From Lama guanicoe (taxonomy: Eukaryota): a stretch of DNA of 64,000 nt. Where the stretch lies: assembly GCA_013239625.1 (NCBI GenBank), contig MU055522.1, positions 1,116,001-1,180,000 of the forward strand, written 5' to 3'. The translations under genes were made by a program, and so were the position numbers. The first letter of the stretch is position 1. Each line of letters begins with the position of its first letter. Positions 50,411 to 64,000 of the stretch are shown here, piece by piece. The notes beneath the pieces were generated by a model. That model saw only the letters and a list, made by a program, of their open reading frames with translations, was not told the DNA's origin and made no database searches.

Positions 50411-53400
50411 GCAGCGGCAGTTCAACTTCGCTTACCTTACACCCACCTGCTCTGTGCAGTTGTTCACTTGGTAACATTTTCAGGCACTTGGATTTTCTAC
50501 TTCTGGTCTAGTTTTTAAATTCTGCCTGGATACTGGCATTTGTATCCCTTGTTTTGCCATTAGAAGGATTCCTTTGAGCCCCACTCTAGACTCAGGCCCA
50601 TCCCAGCGTCTGGGAGCTTGGATAAGAGGCACTTACAAAGCCCAGAGCTCCTTGCTAGACATCCTCTCTGCTCCTGGGCCAGCCAGCCCTCTCCTGGACC
50701 CCAGGTTCTCATACCTGCTTCCAGACTGCCGAGGCCGGTCTCTGGCCTTGATTGCAGCATCCAGAGAGGAGATGTCAGGGTTCCTAACTGGAGCGGTTTC
50801 CTTGACGCTGACTGGCTTCCCTGAATTTCCAAGGACAATCTTCTCTAGAACTTCCAGACCCCAGACCCTGCTATCTTGCTGACCTCCTCAATATATTACT
50901 CCTCTTCTTAAAAGCAACTGCTTCTTTTTGGTAATAGTTTGCTATAATATTCTTGGATACACATACATCTATATTAGTAAGTTTAACTCTTAAGAATCAT
51001 TATTATAATTAGGTCAAGAGAAACTACTCTTAATATTAACATGTAGCTGGTGTTTTGTAACAAGGGTGAGAGTGGAACAGTTTATTAAAGCAGCTCTGTT
51101 TTCTTTCCTGCGGAGGAAACAAACTTTCCACCACATTTGTGCTGCTCGTGTAGAATCAGGTACTAAGCGATACTAAGGCAGTGTTAGCTTTCAATTCCAA
51201 ACTGAGAAATTGATTCATATGTATTTGGTGAACTTAACTTAGATGTAAAAAAATCAATTTGAAATTTTGGGGTTTAGTTTCAAAATACGTGCATTAAACG
51301 GAATGGATTAATTCATAGTTAATGATGTGCTTTAAAAAAGGAAATTTCTCCCATCATATTTTAGACTAAGGTGAAAAAAAATTCTTAAAATTTTAAGAAG
51401 TAACAATAAATCACAAAGCCAGTTACTTTGTAAAAGTCTTCCAGAAACTTGAGCTAGTCTGAAGAATTCAATAGGAATTGCCTGGAATAACTTAGTTTAG
51501 CTTTATCTGTATTAGTTTAATCTCTCCTTCCAGTGAAACCCGACACAAAGCTCCGACTGTCTGCCACATGCAGCCTCCTCGCCCGCTCACGTGGGAATGA
51601 CATCTCTATTACGATTGTAAATTCCCAGAGGAGAGTATCCCCTTAGGTAATTTATTCCAATACATTCGCAAGTTTGATCTCAGCTGTCACTCAAAAGGAG
51701 CAAGATGATTTCCAAAATTAAAAATTAGAACCCAATTAATCTTCAGCATAACGTCAACATGTTTCATATTTCCTTTAGTGAGCCAAGAAATTTTGGGAGG
51801 TGACATCATGTCTGCGAAAATGTCACACTCGGCAGGAAAGATTCTTTGACTAATTAGAGTAGCCTTTTGAGGTGATACTGTGCAGAAAAAGTGTTGAAAA
51901 CATACAGTTGTCCAAAAAGGGACAGAGCGGTTCACTTTTCTTCCACGTTACATAGGATTTGGGATCCACTGCTTGAGAACTCACAATCTTGTGGAATTCA
52001 CTCCGTTCTGGGGACGTAGGACATATAGTTTATGGGAATGGTTATCTGTCTGCTCCCCAGTACATTATATCAAGAACAGAGTGAGAAAGATTAATAATTA
52101 CAGATCTAGGGCAGCAAAAATTAAACGTAGCAAATGGTTATTATCATTGTTGAAAAGGCCAATGGATTTTTAGTCTACTGCAGTCATAGAGGACTGAGCA
52201 CCAATCAGCATTTCCTTTTGTGCTAATTGTTCCGGGACAACACTGCAGGGAACCATTCCTTACCTGTAGCTCAACAGGCAGGCTTCTCAGATCCCAGTGA
52301 AATATTATTGTATATTGAGGTTCCTTTAAAAATGTATCAGTTTTTGGCTGCAAAATATTATGTTTATCAGAATGATATTAAACAGCATAAATATTTTGCT
52401 AAAGACCTTGCTTAATTTTTATTTCATTGCTAAACTAAACATGAAATAAAGACGAGGGTTAATACAGGAAATCTTTTTTCTCCCTTAGAACCAGTTTGCT
52501 CTTAGAGGAATACTGCCCAAAAACCGACGTGTTCCAATCCCTAGGTCCATCTTGTTCTTTTAAGGAAACAACATTTTTAAAAAATAGCATGTGTTTGTAT
52601 TTTGAAAAGCTTAATACATTAAATATATATTATGTTTTTCCTCCCTTAATTATCTCATTCTTTTATATTATAAGCAGATTTCTTTGTGGGTCACCCTCAA
52701 ATTTGTTTCTACTGATGCACAGACTACAGGTTGGTCTGGAATTTTCAGCCGCAACCCCCCTCCATTCCCAGGCATTTAAGCCTGATGCCTGGCTCACTCC
52801 CCACACTCCGCGTGCTCACAGCCCAGCTCAAGTCCCTCCTTCTCAAGCCTGCTTCCCTCCTAACTTCTGTCGCATCCCTTCTGAGACCACCTCCACATCC
52901 TGTCAACCTTAATTCTAAGTTCACAGTCTCTCTCTCAGACCCGTCTTTCTCCTTGTTTCCCTCTCTCTGCTTCAGTGTTGCAGTTTACTTTGTCTCTTGT
53001 CTCTGTTACGAGACTGTTTTTCTAGATGGTCTTACTAACCCCGTTCTGTTCCTATTCTAAGCAACCCCACCCAGCACTTCCCCTTTGTCTTCAAAACATG
53101 AAATTGCCGGCCATTTATCCGCTCAGCAGTACCGCAGGTGACCACGTGCTAGCACTCACAGCCCAGCTCACCTCCACGGCGTCTCGGGCGTCGCACGTCC
53201 GGACATCGCAGGTGACCTCCCGCGACTTCCCTTCATGCCTGGCAGCCGCAGCTCCGCACTTTCTGCTTCCCTACCTCCGCGTGTGGGCTCCGCTGTTGTA
53301 GCTGCTAAGATGCGAGTCCTTGCCATCTGTAGATGTTCGGATTCTCCACATCCTCCGGGACCTGCTCAAATGCCACATTTCCCTTAGCCTTCCAGTCTTT

Positions 53401-53624
53401 CCAGGCTCTTTTTCTGAACTGCATTAGCAGTTTAATGGTACAATTTCCATTACTTTCAATTTCCCGTCTTGTACCAGTCTTTTCAGTATGAATTCTGCCT
53501 TCCTCCCACCAGAATCTAAACTTCTTGAAAGGTAGTGCTGTATTAATGTTTATGCCCCATGTGTCTTAGAAACTAAATTGTGTATTAAAGATTGCTTGTA
53601 TTTTGCATATCCTATGTAGTCAAC

Positions 53625-53701
53625 CATTTTTTAGATTGAAGTAGAGTTGATTTACAGTGTTGTGTTAGTTTCTAGCGTACAGCATAGTGATTCAGTTATA
53701 A

Positions 53702-53738
<37 letters not shown>

Positions 53739-54360
53739 TTCTTTTTCATTATAGGTTATTATAAGCTATTATAGTAGTTAGTACCTGCAAATCTCAAACT
53801 CCCAATTTATCCCTCCCCTCATCCTTTCCCCTTTGGTAACTGTAAGTTTGTTTTCCATATCTGTTGAGTCTATTTCTGTCTTATAAATAAGTTCATTTGT
53901 GTCATTTTTTTTAGACTCCACATATAAGTGATATCATATGGTATTTGTCTTTCTCTGTCTGACTTCCTTCACTTAGCATGATAATCTCTAGGTCCATCCA
54001 TGTTACTGCAAATGTCATTATTTCATTCTTCTTTATTGACTGAGTAGTATTCCATTGTATGAATATACCACATCTTTATCCAGTCATCTGTCGATGGATA
54101 TTTAGGTTACTCACTACATATCTTGGCTATTGTAAATAGTGCTGCTATGAACATTGACATGCATGTAACTTTTCAAATTGGAGTTTTCTCTGGATATATG
54201 CCCAGGAGTGGGACTGCTGGATCATATGGCAAGTCTATTTTTAGTTTTTTAAGGAGTCTCCATACTGTTTTCCATAGCGGCTGCACCAAATTATATGCCC
54301 ATCAACAGTTTAGGAAGATTCCCTTTTCCCTACACCCTCTCCAGCATTTATCATTTGTGT
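53625..54360 (-). mobile_element. 5'-truncated L1 with an internal (TA)(CA) microsatellite
   Basis: attgaagtagagttgatttacagtgttgtgttagtttct...ggatatatgcccaggagtgggactgctggatc...ccctctccagcatttatcatttgt. Confidence 0.93.
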
Positions 54361-57319
54361 TGTCCATCACTGTTGAGCTCCAACAAGGAATTCTAACTTA
54401 AATGTTCCCTTTCATCAAGAAAGAAGTTAATTCTTTCATGTTTGTCTTATTGTCAGAGATACTCAGGCAATTGAAATAAAAACACCTACAGTGCCTTAAC
54501 TGACCCAGGACAGCTGGGACAAATAGAAAAACTACGGGTGCTTTCACACAGAACTCAGGGCACTTCTGTCTGCGGGACTTCCCTTTACTTCTCCCACCAG
54601 GACATTAAGTGTTTTACAAAGCGTGACCTTAAAATTACGAGATTGATTCCCCAAGCCAACTAGGAAAATTGGAATCATTATTTAATGGGCATATATCAAG
54701 TGATACCAAAACATCATAACCACTGTGATTAAGAGCATTATGTGAAGGATGAAAATATATTGAATAGAAACACTTAGCCATATGGGAAGGAAATGAGGTC
54801 CTACTATATATGGGCTCAAATAAATCATGTCATCATAGGGCTGAAGCGGGTTCTAACAATGATTACCAATCCTCCTCTCAGCTTAGACTCTGTGCTTCCC
54901 AAAACCTGAGGAATAATCATTTAATCTCTTCTGGTGTATTTTTAATGGTTAGAAGCTACAGCTCTTACAGCAACCTTCTATGTTGTTTATACAATCTGAA
55001 CAGTCATAAAGGCCATTTTTATAAACTGGAAAACTGGTCAGACTTTGGTCCCCAGGGGATCCTCTAGAGAAAAGTACATTCTAGTGTCTGTCCACTAAAT
55101 GCCTCTAAAACCATGAAGACAATGACTGTGTTTACCCTGATTCTTGTGTAAGCAAGAAGCACTCTTCCTTCTTTAACAGTTATCAGGTGCCATCATTTCC
55201 TTTCTACACCCTATTCTGGTCAGTGTGCCCTGACACACTCAATTCTGCTTGTTCATTTAGCACTTATTTATTGAGGAGTTGATACGTGCAAGCACCGGGC
55301 TCTAACCTGAGAGGGACACAAAGACAGACGTGCTTCACCTGCAGAGCAGCCTTCTCTATTTCTGTGCCATCATTCCATTATATTTGCACTGGGAATCTCA
55401 GATCATTTGCTTTCACGTGGACATCTGCAGGTGTGACAGCCAACGTTGAATTATGTGGGTCTGAGAATTTCTCCAAAAACGTGCCATTGGCCAAAAGTTC
55501 CAAGAAAAACTAATATTTTATATAAAATCCCAATGGAAAAAAATAAAATCTCAATGAGAGTTTTAAGCACGTCCTATACACTCAAACAAAGAATACATTG
55601 CTTGGCATCTGCGTGTGGCCCACATAGAAAGCAAACACACAAAGGCTATTTTTTAATATTTGTCCTATATATGATAAGGTAAAAAAAAAAAAAACAATCT
55701 ATGCCATGTGTTCATTCCTGATTTTGATTTGGCCACCTGTATCGTGCGAGTGAGTCCAGCAGTTGGCAAAGAGAGTCAATTTGAGCATAAGAAAACATCC
55801 AAGTATGGCTAGATTTAGCAGAGGAAGGGCCTATTTCCAAGGATCACATAATATGATACGTGTACCCACTCCTGGGGATGGAAACCAGTTATATATTCTA
55901 GCTTTTACTATTTTTTTGAGCCAAAGCAGAGATGTGATGAGTCCAACTCATAAAAATTCAGGAGAATATATATATATATTTTAACAGATGTGGTGGCCCG
56001 CTATTTCAAACAGCAGAATTAGAGGAGCTTGGATGTACAAACGCAGCTCCCTGACTGCCTCTCCGAAGCCAACCATATAAATGATTTTAATTACCTCCAC
56101 ACAAGTGGCAACCACAGAGCGGTGATTTGGGTGTTATCACACTTAGATCTGCCACTGCCAGCTTCCTGGTCACAGGTACCTGGCAGGCGAGGTTTTGAAC
56201 TTCAGATTTCCATCAGCTTGACAGCAAAGCCTCTGTCTGGACTCCAGCGTGAAAGAGCCCTCGAGTCTGGTGATGTCCCCCGTTTCCCTGCCACCTCCAA
56301 CGTGGGGCAGCTGTTCCCACTCCCCCAACCACCACATCGAAAGGAGGGGTCTGATAAACCCCTACAGTCGTGTTCACGGTTTCCTATCTCTCCCAGGACC
56401 TCTGGCCTTTTCAGAGGGGTCCCCTGTGTAAGACGGGCACACCTTGGGGTGGTGTCTCAGACAGGATCGGCTGGGCAGGTGGCTGGCCAGGCCCCCTTCA
56501 CATCACAGCCTGCAGACAGCTCTCCGCGTCGCCTACAGGCAAGGTAAGGACAGCTCTGAAGACTGGCCTTCTCTAAGATTCCCAAGATAAAAACAGTTAC
56601 TTTCGATGCTTAGGTTTTAAGGATGGATGAAGAGACATGCAGAAAATTATCCCATAGTGTCCTTGTCACTAAACACGTCCTGGATGCTACGCCCTTGGCT
56701 GCCAGTACCACAGGCCCCACCCCGGCTGAATGCCCAGGTCCTCAGGAAAACTATGTGATGTGCCATGGCTTCTGTGTTCTCAAAAGCCTCCGTAGGTGGA
56801 TTTGATCCACAGACAAGGAGCTCCGCCCCACGGGCGTCACAGTTCTCCGTGGGCTGCGGCTGGTTGGACGCGACCTGTGATGGAGGCTGGGTGCCTCCGG
56901 CACCAAACACCCTGGTCCGGGTCACCGCCCTCCAGGAACTAAGTGCACGCCCTTGTCTGACTCACCTCGCAGCTCCCCAGCCACTCGCGTCCCCATCACC
57001 ACACTCGGCACGCTGCTTGATTTTTCCAATCACAGTGCATATGGAAGAAATACACTGATATCAAAGTCTTCTGAAACAAGGGCTGAGAGCAACATTGAAG
57101 GGGAGGGTCTACAGTTTTGAATATTTAAAACAAAGCTGATAACAGGAAAAAGACGAAGACAGAAATTAATAAAATTAATGCTCTCAAGATTAAAAACAAA
57201 GCCTCACACTAATAAAAGCAAGTGACCCTTCGAAGAATAAAACATTAACTTCCAGAGAACTAGGCTGTTGGCACTGGCATTGCCCTCACCCCGTTATGTA
57301 TCGAAGGGGTTTGCTTTTT

Positions 57320-57885
57320 TCCCAGCTCCTTCTCTTTCCCCTTTATAGTCTGTTCTCAATACGCAAACCAGATTGTGTTTTGCTTTTGTTCCCAGCCTCC
57401 AATTGCTGTTACACTCAGACTGAACACTGGGTCTTTACGACAGCGTGAGATGCAACTGAGCTGGCTCTGGACATCACTCTAGTGTCATCTCCCACCCCTT
57501 AGACCGTGGGTCCAACTCTCTGACCACCCAGCTGCTCCACAACACTGCCCCAGGGCCTTTGCACTTCCTGTCCCTCTACCTGGTATGTTGTGCCTCAGAT
57601 TGCTTCAAGGCTGAATCAGCCACTAAATTTAGGCTTCTGTTCAACTGTCATCTCATCATAGGCTTTTCTAGACCATCGACTGAAATAACACAGTAAGGGT
57701 CACTCCTGTCTCACCCTCCCTTCTTTCTCTCCATTCCCTTAACACTGGCAGACATCTGTCTGCGTGCTGTCTGTCTCTTCCCCAGCAGAACTTGAGAACA
57801 GGGACCATGACTTTATCCACTTGCTTTAAGGTCCAAGACAGTGTCCAACACATAGCAGGTGTTCATGAATAGCTGATTAATAAAA
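57320..57885 (+). mobile_element. L2 3' end
   Basis: cccagggcctttgcacttcctgtccctctacctgg...agaacagggaccatg...cagtgtccaacacatagcaggtgttcatgaata. Confidence 0.75.
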
Positions 57886-58302
57886 TCCTGACTGACACAG
57901 TCATTCCCATTTGCTTAACTCATGCACAATTTCATTTTTCACCCCTAATCATGATCTTGTAGGTAGGCATCACCAATTCCAAGCTCAGGAAGGTTAGGAA
58001 GTCTGCCTGAGAAGCAAACAAGCAAATGGTGGGACATGCTGCTGTGTGGGGCTGCCAGCTCTCCAGTCTGGGCTCTGGGCCACTCAGTGCTGCTGACTAA
58101 TGCAGAGCAGGGAAGCATTCCCCGACGGTTATGCAAATACGGTCATCTCCTGGTTAAGTTAAAATGCCCTTCTGTTTATAAGTCGTATGTATGCGAACCT
58201 CCAAAGGAAGATGAAAAATCCTTTGAAATCATACAGTGTCTCTGAACATCCATAGCATCTTGGGTCCAACATGGTTTATAGCCAAGTAAGAGAAATACGG
58301 CT

Positions 58303-58580
58303 TGAAACAGACAAAATAATCTTATGGCTACCGGGGAAAGGGGGTGGGAAGGGATAAATTTGGGAGTTTGAGATTTGCAAATGTTAGCCACTATATATAA
58401 AAATAGATTTTAAAAAATTTCTGTATAGCACAAGGAACTGTATTCAATATCTTGTAATAACCTTTAATAAGGAAGAGTATGAAAATGAATATATGTGTGT
58501 ATATGCATGACTGGGACTTTGTGCTGCACACCAGAGACTGACACGTTGTAACTGACAGTACTTCAATAAAAAAAAAGAGT
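58303..58580 (+). mobile_element. 5'-truncated L1 3' UTR (young camelid-type tail)
   Basis: cttatggctaccggggaaaggggg...gagatttgcaaatgttagccact...atgcatgactgggac...ttgtaactgac...cttcaataaaaaaaa. Confidence 0.9.
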
Positions 58581-60044
58581 AAACTATTTCCAAAACTAAA
58601 AAAAAAAAATTAAAATTAAAACTAAATTTAAAAAAGAAATATGATTTGGAATTAGGGAGCCTTCTCAGCTCATTCCTCTTGAAAGGGAAAGAATAAAACA
58701 GAGAGCAAAAGAGAATGAAAGGAAGGAAAAAAAAAAACACTTCCCTTTTCCAGATACACTGAAACAGAACTGTCAAATGCAAGAAAATCTTGTAAAATGT
58801 TCCTTCACTGGAGGCCATTGAAGAGAGCAGCAATAAACGCTGACCCATAAAAAGTCATGTAAACATTATAACCTGTTTTACTAGCCCTTCAAGCATGGGG
58901 AGCAATTGATCTAAAACAGCTTGGTTCTCTTAGGTTCCCCAAATCTCCACGAGAATCCAGCCTCCATCCAGCATGGGTGTTCACATGCCTCCGGCACTGG
59001 AAGCCAAAAATAGGACCAGGCTAGAAAATTACAGCTATTTAGCTATTTGCCCTGGGCAGATGTTTGTAGTTCCAAGAGCAAAACTTCCAAAAGGAAAGCT
59101 CCCAAGGAAACCTACTTTGCCACGGAATGATTCCATCCACGGCAGCGTCCGTAACTGAAATAAATATCCACACGGACCTCATCTGCCCGTTTTAGCTGCC
59201 TGTCAACATCAGACCAAGAAAGTTTTTCATGCAGGAAAAGTCGTCGTATCACTGCCTTAGGACAGATCAGCTCTGACTATCTCCCTGCGGCTAAAAGGCT
59301 TTACCGTATAAAATATAAATGCAGAAATAGTCAAGGGAGATCTTTCCAGGTGTGGGCAAGAACGCTTATTCCATTAACCGTTCACTGAATGCTAGTTAAG
59401 CCTGCCTTGAAAATATCTTTTCTCTTCCGCTTTCCTAGAATCCAAAAGAAATCGGGGAGAGCTCGGGGAAAACGAGGCAGGCTGCCCAGTTAGCTGATTG
59501 TTGGATTGCTCCACCTTGCTAAGCTTGTTTGTAATTGTCCTTCCGAGGGATTTAGTGTCCAGGAGTCACTCTCCGAGGAGGAGCAGGTGGTCAGATGGAC
59601 CAGAGGAGAGTGAGTGGTTCTCGAATGCGGACACTGGCTGGCGATGGAACTCAGAGGAGGGTGTGTCCTCAGGAGAGCAGAGAAGAATCTTTGTCCGGCT
59701 TCACTCAGCATCCTCGATGGTGACCTTGATGGTACTCACCTGCTTCGCTCTCAGCATCACGTCATGGATGGGCTGAGTGACTCAGATCAGTCCAGTTCAG
59801 CAAACATACTTTTACTCATTGCCTTTAAAGAACCAAGGACAGCACTGGACGCTGATAAGTGGCACAAGTCCTGATCTGAAGAAGCTCCCTGAACCTTGAG
59901 GTGTGACAGGGAGCCACTGGGGTCCACCCACCGCTCAGATTCTCTGGGTTTGCCAGACTAGCCAGGAGCTCCTATTCCTGATATAGGAAGCAGATGTGTC
60001 AAAATGCTGGCCTAGTGCCCAGAGCAAGTGGCCATTCAGTACAA

Positions 60045-60260
60045 AAAAGAAGCATGGCTCAGGCCAAATGCTTCCCATGAATCTCACTGAAACCTCGTAA
60101 TGTACGTATCAAATTGGCTCTATGGTTATACTCATTCCACAGCCATGGGGACTGAGGCACAAAGAAGTTACTTGTTTAGGGTCACACAGCTAGTAATGGT
60201 GACAGCCAGATATCCACCCCAGTTCCTAATCACTGTACTGTGCAAATAGCCACTGCTGTA
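60045..60260 (-). mobile_element. MIR SINE
   Basis: ggggactgaggcacaaagaagttacttgtttagggtcacacagctagtaatggtgacagcc. Confidence 0.75.
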
Positions 60261-60274
60261 GCCTGGAAATGCCT

Positions 60275-60556
60275 ATTGTAACTTCATCTTCAAGGTGGTG
60301 GTATTGAGAGGTGTGATTAGGCCATGAGGGAGCTAGTGCCCTGATAAGAGAGACCCCAGAGAGCTCTCTTGCTGCTTCTGCCAAATGAGGAGACCTGCTG
60401 TCTATGAACCAGGAAGCACCCCCACCAGACACCAAACCTGCTGGATTCTTGATCTTGGACTTTCCAGCCCCAAGGACTGTGAGAAAGAAATTTCCATGTT
60501 TCTAAGCCACCCAGTCTATGGCATTTCTGTTGTAGCAGCCCAAAGGGACTAAGACA
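60275..60556 (+). mobile_element. MaLR LTR (MLT1A-like)
   Basis: gattaggccatgagg...ataagagagaccccagagagctc...ttgatcttggactttccagcc...actgtgagaa...taagccacccagtctatgg...gactaagaca. Confidence 0.88.
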
Positions 60557-63500
60557 GAAACACACTCAAAGATGAGAGCCCATGAATGTTAGGACGTATG
60601 TCAATATGTTTATTCCTATAAACTGGTTGAGACGTCAACCTCAGAACATTTGGGATACCATGGTAAATGGATCAGGGCATCTGGGAGCAGAAGAGGTCTC
60701 TACACTGATTAAATACCACATAGGTTCTACGTGAGAATGTGGTAATAAAAGAAAAGGCAGGGAAGGCAGACAGGGGAGTGGGCAGAGAGAAACCCCTCTA
60801 CCCATGACAAAATTACCAGCTCCACACTAACAACATGCACCAAGCTGCTTCAGGTGAAATGTCCTTTCAGTGATGGTCCCAGAGCAGAATCTGGGGTGCA
60901 GCACCAGCACATCAGCTTCTACCCGTCTGGGCATAAACCTTGGGGCAAAGGAAGTCTGGCTAAAGAAGGATCGTCTCATGTTTCTTCCATGCGGTATTCT
61001 CCAAGCAAAGGAAAACAGCGCTTCTCACTGCTCATTCATCCCTACTGTGTACACAATACCATGAAAAATTCTAAAAACAGGTGATGCTTGCTTAATGGGC
61101 ACCACTGAGATTCTTAAGAGAGACCTACTATTGTCCCCATCAGACAGAAAGGAGTGATTCAGAAGCTTGGCCATAGACACCCTAAGTGTCTGTGCCTCTG
61201 TTTGGAACGTTACAAATTACCTACCATGGTTCTCTGCTTCTCAAAGTCACAAATACGTATCTTAAAATGAAATAATATTCCAGCCCCACAGTTTATTTGT
61301 TTGTGTTTGTTTCTGCAAAGAGATTGTTATTAGCCTTGTAAAATCATCAGAGCCCATGCAGCGGATAAGCTCACTCCTGAGCACCAGCAGGGACAATGCG
61401 GACAGAGCACAGCAGGGAGCATGGTGTTGTGTGTGTTTCTAAGGAAAGTCAGGCTGGAATTCTAAAATCTGCAAGCAGCTGGACATTGCTTAATGACCAT
61501 TGTCTTATCCAGTCCGGAGGGGAGGAAAGGGTGGGGCACTGAATGGGTCTGCCCTGGATGTATGCTTGGCTCCTCCTTGCCTTTGCCCTGGAGGAGAGAA
61601 TGGCCAAGAAGCGTCACAGAGGACATACCTGGAATGTGCATCTGTGTCCTGATCAAATGCGGTTTGGCAGGTGGGTGTGTGGACCAATGACCACATCTGT
61701 TGCCATTAAAAAGTCTTCAACAGATCATGTGCATCAGATATTTCAGATGAGTGGCTTGAAATGAGATATACATGAAAACATCTTTTTACACGTTGTGTTT
61801 CCAATTCATTGTGCATCCAGCAACACTTTTCAAGTTCATTGCCTTGGTCGTTGGCTAGAAAGAGAGATCCCAATCTTTCTCAAGAGTTGGCCCCAAGGAT
61901 GAGGTTCCCCCACATTATTGAGGACATATTTAGATGTCTGTCCAGGCTTCACATGTTGAATAAAATAGTTAAAAAGTTTCACAGTTTACTGTCAAGTAAA
62001 TGATCACCTCAATCCTAGGAAATGGCTACAGAGTAAAATAAATAAAATGTTTGATGGGAGGAATAAATTTCACATCTGAGCAAAAGACCAAAGTTGGGGT
62101 TAACTCTAGCAGGCCCGAGGCTGGCGTCCCGAGGGTGCGGGGTGTCTCGGGAAGAGAATAGGAAAGCGAAGGGAGAGGCAGCTGAGGTCCCATTAACTGT
62201 GGAGGATGCTGAAGTCGCTGGGATCAGCGTCTCACCTGGGATAAACAGTGACTCTTGCAAGTTGTTCAACATATGCCCCGTCTGCCTCGGGGGCCCGGGA
62301 AGGGCTGATCTTATTGAAAGCCGTCCTAATTTAAGAGCGGTTATTACAGAGCATGGCTGGACTTCTGTGAGCCTACCCACATCCAGGCTGAGCTCTCTCC
62401 CTGCAGGATGTCACCGTGGAACACAGGGACGTGGGAACTGTCACACCGCCCCAGATCTCCAGAGTCCTGCGGTAGCCAGTGAATCAAAGGAAACAGCAGG
62501 AACCTGAGGATGCTGCTCCTGCCGTCTGAACGCAGCCTGGAATTTACTCCCACGTGCTTTACTCACCTGAAGCAGCAGCCCTGGAACCACCCTGCCCAAG
62601 GCTGCCAGTCCCTCCCCACGTAACCCTCAGCTCTCGGCTCCAGCCCACTCCCACACCCAGTATTCCCAGCCAGCATCCGGGCCCTTCCATCTCCCATCAG
62701 TGCTCTCTCCCTTGGCTGCACCGGCTCAGCACACCGAGGTCGGAAGACACAAGAGTGGTTTTATCAGAACAGCTTTGAGTGTGCAGAGGACAGAGACACA
62801 CAAAGGAGGCCCTCAAAGCTGAATGCCTTCCTCCCCGCACGGGCCTGACTCTATTACTGGAAGACCTCCAGGGGCCAAGACTGCCCCGGCTTGTCAAGAG
62901 ATTCTTTTTCCATAGGGGGTGCCACCACCCGGACACTAAATCAGAGCAGAGGAGAAATCCTCACAGCGATAAATCCCTGGAACAAAAGAGTTGAGAAACC
63001 TTCAGTGCACTCTGCAACTTTGGTGGGAAAAAATATCTGTAAGAAACTAAATCGAGGAGGGTAAAGATTTGGGAAGGTGTTTTCTGTTCCTTATTTTTCC
63101 TGCTTCCACATTAACAACAACAAATTCCTTTGATGCTTTGCAGTTTCTTTCTTTTGTTTCTCTGTGTTTATGCTTTTGCATTTTTGTTTTTGTTGTGTTA
63201 AGAAGTTTTGAAAGGAAACACTGGAACATCCGATTTTCAAGTGTGAAATCCAGCACACGTGGTACCAAATGCTTTTGTTTTTTGGTCTACAGTGTGCTCA
63301 GATGTTTTGGGAATACGCAGTTATGTTCTCAAGGGCAGTTCTAGAAGAAAATATTAAACTGGGGGAAGTCTTTAAACATGTCTGTTCAGTTCTGAAGAGT
63401 CAGCCTGCCTTTCTAGGTGTCCTTCCCCCATTCACTCCCCTCCCCAGGTACCCAGAGCCCTCCCGCTAGCGCTTGGCTACTCAGAGCCCCCAGGTGGAGG

Positions 63501-64000
63501 CTGGACTGGAAGGGAGATGTTCATTCTTTCCAGCCTCCATCCTAGTTCTCATTCTGTGACCAGAGAGACTGAGAAAGAGGTGGTGGTTAAGTTAATTTAC
63601 ATTAGGGTAAAGTTAACAAAGATGATTAATTCACACCAGCAGAATCTGTATCCACAGAAGATAGTGTCACCCTACAGGTTAAAATATCTCTATGAAATAT
63701 CTCAAAAGGGGTTCACGGAAAGGTAGAAACTAATCAGAGAACACAGATGTGTGCCTTTTCCAGTGTTATGGGTGATTAATCCTCCGGCCATTTGATTGCC
63801 CAGCCCGACAAAACTGTCTCTGGCTTTCGCAAAAATCCAGCTCACAATTCTGGCAGTACAGATTAGAAGACCTTATTAACCATTCTGCATTTATAGTCAC
63901 TGATTGATACCACATAAAAAGCCAATCTTTATAAAGACAGCATCCAAGCCTTCCAGTCAAAGAAGAACATTAATATGTGTTTCACATCTTTTCAAGTATT

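Noticed and set aside
54123-54401. ORFs within L1 copies (also 48589-48810 and 42097-42303)
   Set aside because: Sense or antisense remnants of truncated L1 ORF2/3' UTR; no intact element
1-64000. CRISPR arrays, operons or other prokaryote-type systems
   Set aside because: The sequence is mammalian and non-coding; no regularly spaced repeat-spacer array or gene-dense segment was seen

Overview
Mammalian genomic DNA, very probably camelid (alpaca/camel/llama). The evidence is a tRNA-Ala-derived vic-1-type SINE and artiodactyl/camelid-style L1 3' ends. It comes from a draft assembly with four short N gaps. I could not recognise any protein-coding exon or intact RNA gene, and the listed ORFs look like chance, microsatellite or N-gap artefacts. 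The window reads as intergenic or deep-intronic sequence rich in old repeats: 5'-truncated L1s, MIRs, L2s, MaLR LTRs, one ERV1-like solo LTR and MER20. Repeat family names come from recalled consensus sequences, and boundaries are approximate. The structures least explained by ordinary repeats are a ~230-bp diverged inverted duplication (28884-29110 / 29776-30016), a 102-bp tandem duplication (24087-24291), a micro direct-inverted-direct rearrangement inside an L1, CpG-gain patches in ancient repeats, and a few orphan exon-like segments. I found no evidence for a novel multi-gene system.
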